A DNA stretch of 37,605 bases from Alkalispirochaeta sp. (GTDB lineage Bacteria > Spirochaetota > Spirochaetia > DSM-27196 > Alkalispirochaetaceae), in the NCBI GenBank assembly GCA_965242725.1, contig CBDESZ010000002.1, forward strand, positions 1 through 37,605, written 5' to 3'. The position numbers and the translations under genes are program-made. The notes beneath the pieces were generated by a model. That model had not been told where the DNA came from, did no database searches, and worked only from the letters and a program-made list of their open reading frames with translations. The first letter of the stretch is position 1. Each line of letters begins with the position of its first letter. Of the stretch, positions 8,040 through 16,365 are shown in pieces.

Positions 8040-8619
8040 ATTCCTTTTCCCTTTTCAGGTATTCTTCATAAAAACGCAACGCCACATGCATCATCGCGTG
8101 GTCAAACTCGCCGTTTCGGCGCCCTTCAATGAGCTCCGAAGGGCGGACAAGTTCTACATCGATGATTTCATTTGGATCGAGATCCTGAGACGCCACCGCC
8201 CGGCACTCTTCCGCGAGATAGGTGTAGCAGCGATTCCCCATTAAGGCGGGGTTTGGATTTACGGCGCCCAGCAGCGTCAACGACCCCGGGCGATACCCCG
8301 TTTCCTCTTCAAGTTCCCGCGCTACCGCAACGGCGGGATCCTCTTCAGCCTCCACGACTCCGCCGGGAAACTCGAGGGATACCTTCATGCTGCCGTGGCG
8401 AAACTGCCGTACCATGATGAATGATGCTTCTCCCGCGGAATTCCGGGTGAGGGCGACAACATTCGCCCAGTCGGGAGAATCCATGACGAAGTATTCCGCC
8501 GCACGGCCGTCCGGCGCGTGTCGTACGCTCTTCACGACGGAGAAGACTCGGGCGTTCAGAACTGTTTCACTATTAATGACCGTCCAGTGGAGATGGTCGT
8601 CTTGCTTGGCTTCCTTCAT
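8038..8619 (-). CDS. NUDIX hydrolase (ADP-ribose pyrophosphatase-like); alternative start 8628
   Basis: VRQFRHG and LEFPGGVVEAEEDPAVAVARELEEETGY Nudix box. Confidence 0.92.
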   Translation of the reverse strand: MKEAKQDDHLHWTVINSETVLNARVFSVVKSVRHAPDGRAAEYFVMDSPDWANVVALTRNSAGEASFIMVRQFRHGSMKVSLEFPGGVVEAEEDPAVAVARELEEETGYRPGSLTLLGAVNPNPALMGNRCYTYLAEECRAVASQDLDPNEIIDVELVRPSELIEGRRNGEFDHAMMHVALRFYEEYLKREKE

Positions 8620-8669
8620 TGGCGCCATGGTACTCCAAACGGAGCGATGCAGCTACCGACGGGACGTGC

Positions 8670-8698
8670 TTGACAGGGAGTCGAGAAAGGGAAAGATT
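8670..8698 (+). promoter_or_regulatory. sigma70 promoter of the AAA+ gene, probably leaderless
   Basis: TTGACA-17 bp-AAGATT-6 nt-ATG(8705). Confidence 0.5.
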
Positions 8699-8704
8699 AG
8701 GAAT

Positions 8705-10237
8705 ATGCATTCCCAACGTATTGATCGCCTGATATCTCAACTCGGCTCAGGCCTTGAGGAGAAGGAAGAGCTCATTCGCCTCACCCTTCTCGCCGCGGTA
8801 GCGGGACAGAACGTATTTTTATACGGTCCTCCGGGGGTCGCAAAGAGCATGCTCGCCCGGCGTATCGCCAGAGCATTTCGCGATTCCCGATCCTTTGAGT
8901 ATCTCCTCGGTCGATTTACAACTCCCGATGAGATTTTCGGCCCCGTATCCATCGCGCGACTGAAAGACGCGGACCGTTTTGAACGTGTCATAGAGGGATT
9001 TCTGCCGGACGCCCACATCGTCTTTCTTGACGAGATATGGAATGCATCTTCACCGATACTCAATACCCTGCTTACTGCAATCAATGAGCACCGTTTCAGA
9101 AACGGCAGCGATGAGTTGATCATCCCGCTGCGAACGGTCATAGCCGCTTCCCGGACGCTCATGCCCGCAGACATCGCCCTTGAAAACCTCTGGGACCGAT
9201 TTCTTCTCCGACTGCCCGTTTCCCCTGTTGCGTCAAGACGGGCGTTCAGCAACCTTCTCTCCGGAGGGGATACCGAATACGATGACCCCGTCGAAGATTC
9301 GGATAAAATCACGATGGACGAACTTGATGAATGGTACGACTCCATTTCCTCCGTGACAATTCCCGACGATATTGAAGAGCTCATCTTTGACATTCGCGAG
9401 CGTATAAGCCGTCACAACAGCATGGCAGACGGTGAGACCGAGGGCGAAATTTCGGTGAGCGACCGGCGGTGGAAGCAGGCGGCTCGCCTCCTGCGCACAA
9501 GTGCCTTTCTGAACGACCGCAGCGAGGTCGATGCCGTTGATTGCCTCCTCCTTCGCCACTGCCTCTGGTCACGGGAGACCGAGCAGGAGACGATACAGAC
9601 GATCGTTGCCGAGGCAACGCGGAGATATCTCAGTTCCGGTATTTTTGATCCCCAGGTTCTCCGGGAAGAGCTGCAGCGGATTCTCATGGACGCCGGTTCC
9701 TCCCGTGCGGATGAAACAAACAGGCGCATCGATCGGCCTGTCGCCTATCGGGGTGAATACTACCGGGTAACCAATTTTGTGGACGACCATCTCTCTCTCA
9801 TCTGGATCGGTGACTTCCAGAATCTCCGGGAGGACGAGGCGATAGAAACGGACCTTTTCTTTTACGGTGACGAGGACGATTACGCCTACTCGGAGCGTTT
9901 TCAGATTCGTCGTACCGGACCGCGCTCGATCGAGATCGACGAGGTCACCTTCGACCTGGAATACGAGACGGTAACCCAGACCGTTCGGGACAGAACAACC
10001 CTCTCGGCGAAGGAAAAGGAGGAGCTCCGCTCCCGACTGACGGAGTTTCTTGCCCGCGTTGAGACCGTGGAGGAACGGGCCCGGCAGTATCGCGACACCT
10101 CCACCGGCGAGGCGCTGGAACATCTTTTTGTCCATCGCAGCTACGGCGAGATCGTCGTACAGGGTATGGATTCGGTTGCGGCGGAACTGTCGCTCATCAA
10201 GGTTGATATCGGTGAAGCAATCGCGGAGCTCGAGTAA
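8705..10237 (+). CDS. ravA: RavA-like MoxR-family AAA+ ATPase
   Basis: GPPGVAKS Walker A, FEYLLGRFTTPDEIFGP, FLDEIW Walker B, WDRF and SDRRW. Real start is MHSQRID; the N-terminus of the track ORF is antisense to the NUDIX gene. Confidence 0.88.
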   Translation: MHSQRIDRLISQLGSGLEEKEELIRLTLLAAVAGQNVFLYGPPGVAKSMLARRIARAFRDSRSFEYLLGRFTTPDEIFGPVSIARLKDADRFERVIEGFLPDAHIVFLDEIWNASSPILNTLLTAINEHRFRNGSDELIIPLRTVIAASRTLMPADIALENLWDRFLLRLPVSPVASRRAFSNLLSGGDTEYDDPVEDSDKITMDELDEWYDSISSVTIPDDIEELIFDIRERISRHNSMADGETEGEISVSDRRWKQAARLLRTSAFLNDRSEVDAVDCLLLRHCLWSRETEQETIQTIVAEATRRYLSSGIFDPQVLREELQRILMDAGSSRADETNRRIDRPVAYRGEYYRVTNFVDDHLSLIWIGDFQNLREDEAIETDLFFYGDEDDYAYSERFQIRRTGPRSIEIDEVTFDLEYETVTQTVRDRTTLSAKEKEELRSRLTEFLARVETVEERARQYRDTSTGEALEHLFVHRSYGEIVVQGMDSVAAELSLIKVDIGEAIAELE

Positions 10238-11888
10238 CCTGTCACACTCCTCCTCCGACGACCACGGGTCCGTGGAAGCCGTACTCTACCGCGAGCTCTT
10301 CCGATTTCTCTCGCCCCACGACACCGGAGGCGACGCCCGCCTCGGTGGGCGCGGCACCATGGCGACGGCAACGGACCTGCCCAAGCCCCTCGCCCGAAGC
10401 CTTGTCCATTTTTACGAGCTGTTGAAGTCACAGACTCTGGCGGAGATGACCGACGATCTGGCCGACCAGATAGCGGCGTCCATTGGACACTGGTTTGCCC
10501 AATTGTGGCGGCAGCTGTTGGAGAATGTGACAGGCGATGATGACGAGGCCCAAGGATCGGCCGACCACGATGACGCTGAAGCACTCATTGCAGACCTTCG
10601 CCGGCGATGGCCGGAAGGGAACGCCGAATGGACACGGGGAATGAGGGCGTTGGAGACGGCCACCGATCGGGGAGTGTACCGTTCTCTAATTGCCAGGCTC
10701 CTGAGCCATCAGGAGTCATTGCGTATCGCCCGGCGCGATCTCCGACTTGAACGGGCGCTCCGCCTCGTCACCGCCCCTCTGGCGGACCACCTTAATGACA
10801 ACGTCCCCGTAGTGGTGAAGATCGAAGAAAAGCTGAACCGCATCTTCCGTCGTCCCGGCCGCTGGAATATTTTTCAGAACGCCTGGCAGGAAATTCTCTG
10901 GGACGAATTTGAACGGCTTGTTCCCTTTGTTGAAGAAGACGACGACCTTTCGACGCTGGCCCACCGCCTTGTCAGGGGAATCGACCCACTGGGCGAACGA
11001 AAGGTGTGGCGGAAGCGCCTGGAGAGTCGGATTTCCACCGTTGAAATGGAGAATGGGTACGGTGATGCCGTCGGTCTCTCCCGGACACCTTTCATCCAGC
11101 TCGCGATTCCGTCGGAACGCGCCCTTCTCGGACACCCGGAAACGGAAGACCTGTTTTTTCATTACCTTGCAGAGGGAGGCGTCGTTTCTCTCGATATGGA
11201 GCGGATACACCCCCTCCGGGTACACGAAACGGTACCGCGATGGGACTACATCACCGCGCCACAGCGTCTCGGCCCGGTGATACTCTGCGTCGATACGAGC
11301 GGCTCCATGCAGGGGGAAGTTGTCACCATCGCCGGTACGGCGGTGCTGTCCTTCGTCAGGGAGGCGCTGCGCTACGGACGCCCGATCGACGTCATCGCCG
11401 TTCACAATTCGCTCCACGTGGCGTCCTTTCTCGCCGATCCGGAAAGCCGGACCGATGACCCGCCGGAGGGTATGTCGGAAGGGCACGATTTTCCCGCGGG
11501 AGAGCCGGTACGTATCGATCCCGAACCAATTGCGGCGCTGCGGGAAATTATCGCTCCCGCGGGAATGGCCGGGGCAGACGTCTCTCCGGCCCTGGATGAA
11601 GCTCTGCGCCGGGTGGAGCGTCGTTCCGATCAGGAAGGTGATACAACGGATATAGTCGTCATCAGCGACATTCACTTTCCCAAGGTCGGACCTGACCATT
11701 TGAATCGCATGTACCGACTGCAGAGCAGGGGGTGGGTCCGCGTTCACGCCCTCACGATAGGCAGGGACCCTATAGAAGATCCGTTGAACGTATTCGACTA
11801 CCGCTGGCACTACAACACGGCGGAAGAGCTTGATTTCCGCCGTGCCGGACGATCGCGGCGGATCGGTATAACCGGAGCGGGAGTCTAG
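10212..11888 (+). CDS. viaA: ViaA-like von Willebrand factor A domain protein (start uncertain: GTG 10212 or 10272)
   Basis: IPSERALL, GPVILCVDTSGSMQG (MIDAS DxSxS) and DIVVISD. Lies directly downstream of the RavA-like ATPase. Confidence 0.82.
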   Translation: MKQSRSSSNLSHSSSDDHGSVEAVLYRELFRFLSPHDTGGDARLGGRGTMATATDLPKPLARSLVHFYELLKSQTLAEMTDDLADQIAASIGHWFAQLWRQLLENVTGDDDEAQGSADHDDAEALIADLRRRWPEGNAEWTRGMRALETATDRGVYRSLIARLLSHQESLRIARRDLRLERALRLVTAPLADHLNDNVPVVVKIEEKLNRIFRRPGRWNIFQNAWQEILWDEFERLVPFVEEDDDLSTLAHRLVRGIDPLGERKVWRKRLESRISTVEMENGYGDAVGLSRTPFIQLAIPSERALLGHPETEDLFFHYLAEGGVVSLDMERIHPLRVHETVPRWDYITAPQRLGPVILCVDTSGSMQGEVVTIAGTAVLSFVREALRYGRPIDVIAVHNSLHVASFLADPESRTDDPPEGMSEGHDFPAGEPVRIDPEPIAALREIIAPAGMAGADVSPALDEALRRVERRSDQEGDTTDIVVISDIHFPKVGPDHLNRMYRLQSRGWVRVHALTIGRDPIEDPLNVFDYRWHYNTAEELDFRRAGRSRRIGITGAGV

Positions 11889-13354
11889 GACTCTTCAAGG
11901 ATTCCGTACCGTCCTTCGAGGTTCATGCGACGAACGACGCCGTTCCGGTGGTCCCGCAATGCCGGCAGTATTTTTTTCCGTCCTCCGCCGATCTCCCGTT
12001 GTTGAATCGCTTCCCGCCACGCTTCATCAAAGCGGGTCACGTCGATACGCGACGCCGATTCCTGACGAAATTTTTCGCGCTCATCCATCGAGAGCCGTCC
12101 CGGGGTGTATCGCCCGACAAACCGCCGCGCCAATTGGGTGTAGCGGGGGTCTGAGAAGGTAATCGTACGCAAGGCATCGACTATTTCAGTCGTCGTCGAT
12201 TCGGTCAGCTCCGCAAGACGGCCACGGTCAGATCGGGGGAAGAATCCGTCGTAGAGGCGGGCGTCCACATCACGCTCCTCCCCTCCATGGCCGTCCCCCT
12301 CGCGGGAAAACGCCGCGATGAGCCGCGCCGCCCACTGCGACAGATTTCCCTCTTCGCTCACGCCCACGTTATGCCGAAGGCGGTCCCGGTCCAGCCCCAG
12401 TTCATCCATACGGTCCACCTGTCTTGTTGTTGCGGGCAGAATACAGGGAAAGCGCCGTGGATTGACTCTTTGCAAAAGACGAAGCTCCTCGGGTCGCTCC
12501 TTTGTATACCACCTCTCGGCAACTTCTTCCGGATTGAGTTGAAGCAGCGCCTCGGCGCTGCGCGCGGCGTCCAGAAGCCACCACTGCCCCGCCGGGCCGT
12601 CCTCCCTTCCAAGCACGACAAAAAGGGAGGACGATCGATTCTTTTCCTTCAATCGCGGCGAAGAGTAGACCACGAGCCGTTCCAGGCCATGCCGTCCCCG
12701 GCGTGCCTGTTCAAGACGGTTGTGAACGGTCTTCTTGTCAAAGAGTGACGGCAGGCTCTTCCAGACGTCGGGTAAACGCTCCTGTATCACTTTGGTCAGA
12801 TTTCTCAGGGCGAAGGTATCGGAAAGCGCTTCATGACTCGTTCCGCTCAGGGCGTCATTGGCCTCGGAAAGGGCTTCCAGGCGGAAGTCGGGCAGGCCGT
12901 CGGCGGTACGGGGCCACATCAGCGCCTCCCGATGAAAGTCGAACAGGGCCGGTATCACCGTAAGGAGGTCCATCCTTCGGTTTCCGTTGGCAAAATGCCA
13001 TTCGTAGGGATCGAGGAAGGTACGATAGAAAAGATGGCGAATGAACTCGTCGTCAAAAGAGGTGTTGTTGTATCCGAGAATGAGTGTTTCCGGATACGTC
13101 GTAAACCACGTGTGAATCTTCCGTGCAAAGTCGGGCTCAGGCAAGCCGGTCTGGAGTGCCATTTGCGGGGTAATTCCCGTCGTAAGACACGCCATCGGAT
13201 CAGCCAGATAGTCGGGCGGGGGCAGGCACCGCAGCTCATAGGGTTGCTCCATCAGTTCCAATGCGTCGTCGGTAAGGATACCGGCAAATTCCGCAATTCG
13301 ATCGTGCGCTGCCGATAGACCAAAGGTCTCAAGATCATAAAAGATGGTGGGCAT
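11885..13354 (-). CDS. sbcB: Exodeoxyribonuclease I (DEDDh ssDNA exonuclease)
   Basis: YDLETFG, GYNNTSFDDEFIR, FRLEALSEAN, HEALSDT and LYDGFF. Its stop overlaps the VWA gene stop (CTAG). Confidence 0.9.
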   Translation of the reverse strand: MPTIFYDLETFGLSAAHDRIAEFAGILTDDALELMEQPYELRCLPPPDYLADPMACLTTGITPQMALQTGLPEPDFARKIHTWFTTYPETLILGYNNTSFDDEFIRHLFYRTFLDPYEWHFANGNRRMDLLTVIPALFDFHREALMWPRTADGLPDFRLEALSEANDALSGTSHEALSDTFALRNLTKVIQERLPDVWKSLPSLFDKKTVHNRLEQARRGRHGLERLVVYSSPRLKEKNRSSSLFVVLGREDGPAGQWWLLDAARSAEALLQLNPEEVAERWYTKERPEELRLLQRVNPRRFPCILPATTRQVDRMDELGLDRDRLRHNVGVSEEGNLSQWAARLIAAFSREGDGHGGEERDVDARLYDGFFPRSDRGRLAELTESTTTEIVDALRTITFSDPRYTQLARRFVGRYTPGRLSMDEREKFRQESASRIDVTRFDEAWREAIQQREIGGGRKKILPALRDHRNGVVRRMNLEGRYGILEES

Positions 13355-13556
13355 ACGGGCTATCGTACCACGTGTATCGATGCGATGCACATCGATGGGG
13401 ACGAACACGGCAGTTTGGGTCATTTTGATACGGCGGTATGTGTCAATACAGCCCGGTGTGGCAAAAAGAGCATCGATCGGAGGAGAGAAAAGGTACTATT
13501 TTTTGTAATTTCTTTTCTCACAACGATTTAAAAAACACGCGATATGCAGCAAAAGT

Positions 13557-13572
13557 TGGCACGGTTCCTGCT
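13557..13572 (+). promoter_or_regulatory. sigma54 (RpoN) -24/-12 promoter of hsp20
   Basis: TGGCAC-GGTTC-CTGCT gives exact GG-N10-GC spacing. AT-rich tract upstream; SD AGGAGG at 13665-13670. Confidence 0.75.
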
Positions 13573-13676
13573 TATACATTAACAGCGGCAGCAGATGGGT
13601 ATGGAACGACGCCGAAAGGACCGTCCGCCCGATCAAATTACACCTGCCGGAGAAACGTTCATACAGGAGGTATGAT

Positions 13677-14126
13677 ATGAATTACGTAACACTCCATCGA
13701 CCGACCAATGGCCTGACTCGTCGTGGCGACGGCTTGAGTGAGTTTGACCGACTCTTCCAGTCCGTCTTTAACGCGATGCCGTCATGGAACGACACGAAAC
13801 CGGCGGTAGACATCCGTGCGACGGAGAATGAGTATATAGTCGACGCCGACATCCCCGGTTTCTCGGAAGATCAGATCGACGTCCGCGTGGAAAACGATCT
13901 GCTCGTGATTTCCGCGAAAGACGAGCAGAAGACGGACGAGGAACACAATGACGATTCCTACATGGTACGGGAACGTCATATGAGATCCTTTTATCGAAGT
14001 TTTGCCCTTCCGAAGGATGCCGACGCGAATGCCGTAGACGCGACATACCGCAACGGCGTTCTGACGCTGAAGGTCCATAAGAAAGAAGAGGCAAAACCGC
14101 GGCAAATCAAGATCAACCGCGGATAA
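13677..14126 (+). CDS. Hsp20/alpha-crystallin small heat-shock protein
   Basis: PAVDI, ADIPG, RER..RSFYRSFALP, ATYRNGVLTL and C-terminal IxI motif. Confidence 0.96.
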   Translation: MNYVTLHRPTNGLTRRGDGLSEFDRLFQSVFNAMPSWNDTKPAVDIRATENEYIVDADIPGFSEDQIDVRVENDLLVISAKDEQKTDEEHNDDSYMVRERHMRSFYRSFALPKDADANAVDATYRNGVLTLKVHKKEEAKPRQIKINRG

Positions 14127-14152
14127 CAGCAGGAGTTGCTGTGACGGGAACG

Positions 14153-14178
14153 GGGGCCGCATGCGCGGCCCCTTTTTT
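14153..14178 (+). terminator. Intrinsic terminator after hsp20
   Basis: GGGGCCGC-ATGC-GCGGCCCC followed by T6. Confidence 0.9.
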
Positions 14179-14356
14179 ATTCTGCAAGAAATGAATATCG
14201 TTCTTCACCAGTTCACAAATCTAATAGTTTCATTTATGTAATTTTTACACTCCAGAAGGACGGATTTTTTTCATCCCTGCTCCAAAAATCACCGTCCGAC
14301 CCGATTGGATCAAAATATTCTTGCAAGAAGGCGCGTCCGTTTGTAAGAAATCGGTA

Positions 14357-15340
14357 ATGAACGTTCTCTTTATCGGCGACCGCCTTTTCATGAAATTCCC
14401 CGATCTTGCCTATTTCAGGCAACGGCTGAAGGAAATCGGCGGTACCGTCGTGTCCACGGAAGGCATGACGGACGAACAAATCGTCGAGAAGGCGCGGGAT
14501 GCGGCGGCCCTGGTCGTCATCGGCCGTCCAATCACGGCGTCAATGATCAACGCATGTACCGATTGCAGGCTCATTATGACCCTGTCCGTCGGCTACGACG
14601 TTGTCGATGTATCGACCGCCACCGACAAAGGAATTCCCGTCTCCAACTGCCCGCTCTATTGCAGTGAAGAGGTCGCCGAGCACGCCCTGACCCTTGCGCT
14701 GACCGCATCCCGCAGGATCCATCAACTCCATGACCACGTACGGAGTGGAGGATGGGATTACAAACAGGCGCGTCCCATTCACGCGTACAGAACGCGCACA
14801 TACGGGATATACGGTCTCGGCAGAATCGGACGACATGGTGCGCGAAAGGCGGCCGCACTGGGAATGCGTGTTGCCGCGTATGACCCCTACGTCGATGATG
14901 ATATTTTTCAACTGCTCAACGTGGAGCGGATATATGATTTCGAACCCTTCCTGCAGCAGTGCGATATCATTTCCATTCACAGCCCCCTCACGGACGAGAC
15001 GTGGCACGCATTTGACTCAACCGCCTTTGGCCACATGAAAGACGGCGCCATTCTTGTCAACACGGCACGTGGACCGATCGTGGCACAGGATGAACTTGCC
15101 GACGCACTTGAAACGGGAAAAATCGGCGCTGCCGGTATCGACGTACTGGAAACGGAACCGCCCACCGGAGATGAACGGTTGCTTTCCCTTCCCAACGCGA
15201 TCGTTACGCCCCACATCGCATGGTATTCAGAAGAGAGCCACGCTCAGAATGTTCAGGACGGTATGGATGAACTGGTACGGGTACTCCGGGGCGAAAGACC
15301 TCGGTACGTTGTGAACCCGCATATTTTTTCGCGCCGGTAA
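14357..15340 (+). CDS. D-isomer-specific 2-hydroxyacid dehydrogenase (CtBP/SerA-like)
   Basis: VGYD, VAEH, GLGRIG, NTARG, DVLETEP and TPHIAW (Arg/Glu/His triad). Confidence 0.92.
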   Translation: MNVLFIGDRLFMKFPDLAYFRQRLKEIGGTVVSTEGMTDEQIVEKARDAAALVVIGRPITASMINACTDCRLIMTLSVGYDVVDVSTATDKGIPVSNCPLYCSEEVAEHALTLALTASRRIHQLHDHVRSGGWDYKQARPIHAYRTRTYGIYGLGRIGRHGARKAAALGMRVAAYDPYVDDDIFQLLNVERIYDFEPFLQQCDIISIHSPLTDETWHAFDSTAFGHMKDGAILVNTARGPIVAQDELADALETGKIGAAGIDVLETEPPTGDERLLSLPNAIVTPHIAWYSEESHAQNVQDGMDELVRVLRGERPRYVVNPHIFSRR

Positions 15341-15381
15341 CGGTGCATCACGCCCACACATGTCGTTGGCGAGGAGGTCAT

Positions 15382-16356
15382 ATGAGACGCATTCCAGTGG
15401 TGGTAGTGGCCCTTGTCGGGCTGGTTCTTGTCACGTTTTCGGCTTTTCCGTCGGGAACGGAGGAGGATCCACAGCAGTATCCCCGGAGGGCAATATCCTA
15501 TGTGATACCCTTTGACCCGGGCGGGCAGTCCGATGTGACCGCTCAATATCAAAAACCGTATCTTGAAGAGTTGCTGGGGGTGAATGTCGTCATACGACAT
15601 CAACCCGGCGCCGGAGGCGCTCTGGCGTGGGCCAATCTCGTCAAGGCGAAGCCCGACGGCTATACCGTCGCGGGGAACAATATCCCCCATATCATCATCC
15701 AGCCGATGGTCCGTGAAGACGCCGGGTATGAAACGGCGGAACTGAAACCGGTATATCTCTTTCAGACCACACCGATCGGTCTTGCCGTTGCAAAGGACAG
15801 CCCCCATGAGACGCTTCAGGATCTCATCGAGTTTGCCAGGCAGAACCCCGGGAGAGTGACCGTCAGCGGATCGGGCACCCATTCGGGCCACCATCTGGCG
15901 ATACTGCAGCTGCAACACCTCTCGGGAGCCGAGTTTACCTACATTCCCGCGACAGGAGCGGCTCCGTCGGTATCAAACTTCCTCGGTCATCACAGTGAGG
16001 TGCTGGTTGCCAACTCAAACGACCTCCTCGCCCATACCGATGAGATGAAGATACTCGCAATCGGAACGGAAGGTCGCTTTCCGGCTCTCCCGGACGTCCC
16101 GACGTTCATAGAATCGGGATACGACATGACCGCCGGCATCGACCGGGGAGTCGCGGTACCGCCGACAACTCCGGATGCCGTCGTGCGACAACTGGAGAGC
16201 GTATTTGACGAGGTAAGCTCCAATCCCGAGTTCCGTCGACAGATGGAGGAGCTCGGTTTTGTCGTCCACACCATCGGTGCGGCAGAGTTTGCGGAATACA
16301 TCGCCCGGAAAGAGGCGGAAATAGGCACCATTCTCCGGGAACTCGGGGAAATTTAA
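15382..16356 (+). CDS. tctC: Tripartite tricarboxylate transporter substrate-binding protein
   Basis: Signal peptide, YP, PGGQSD, PGAGGA and PDGYT motifs; SD GAGGAGG. Confidence 0.92.
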   Translation: MRRIPVVVVALVGLVLVTFSAFPSGTEEDPQQYPRRAISYVIPFDPGGQSDVTAQYQKPYLEELLGVNVVIRHQPGAGGALAWANLVKAKPDGYTVAGNNIPHIIIQPMVREDAGYETAELKPVYLFQTTPIGLAVAKDSPHETLQDLIEFARQNPGRVTVSGSGTHSGHHLAILQLQHLSGAEFTYIPATGAAPSVSNFLGHHSEVLVANSNDLLAHTDEMKILAIGTEGRFPALPDVPTFIESGYDMTAGIDRGVAVPPTTPDAVVRQLESVFDEVSSNPEFRRQMEELGFVVHTIGAAEFAEYIARKEAEIGTILRELGEI

Positions 16357-16365
16357 CGGTTCACC

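Noticed and set aside
8387..8704. N-terminal 106 aa of the 616-aa AAA+ ORF
   Set aside because: Antisense to the NUDIX gene; RavA homology starts at about 8705.
7968..13354. Integrated element or defence island at tRNA-Cys
   Set aside because: No integrase, no duplicated tRNA 3' end seen and no obvious compositional shift.
13438..13680. 80-aa ORF upstream of hsp20 as a leader peptide
   Set aside because: Spans the enhancer and sigma54 promoter; no SD and no coding-like composition.
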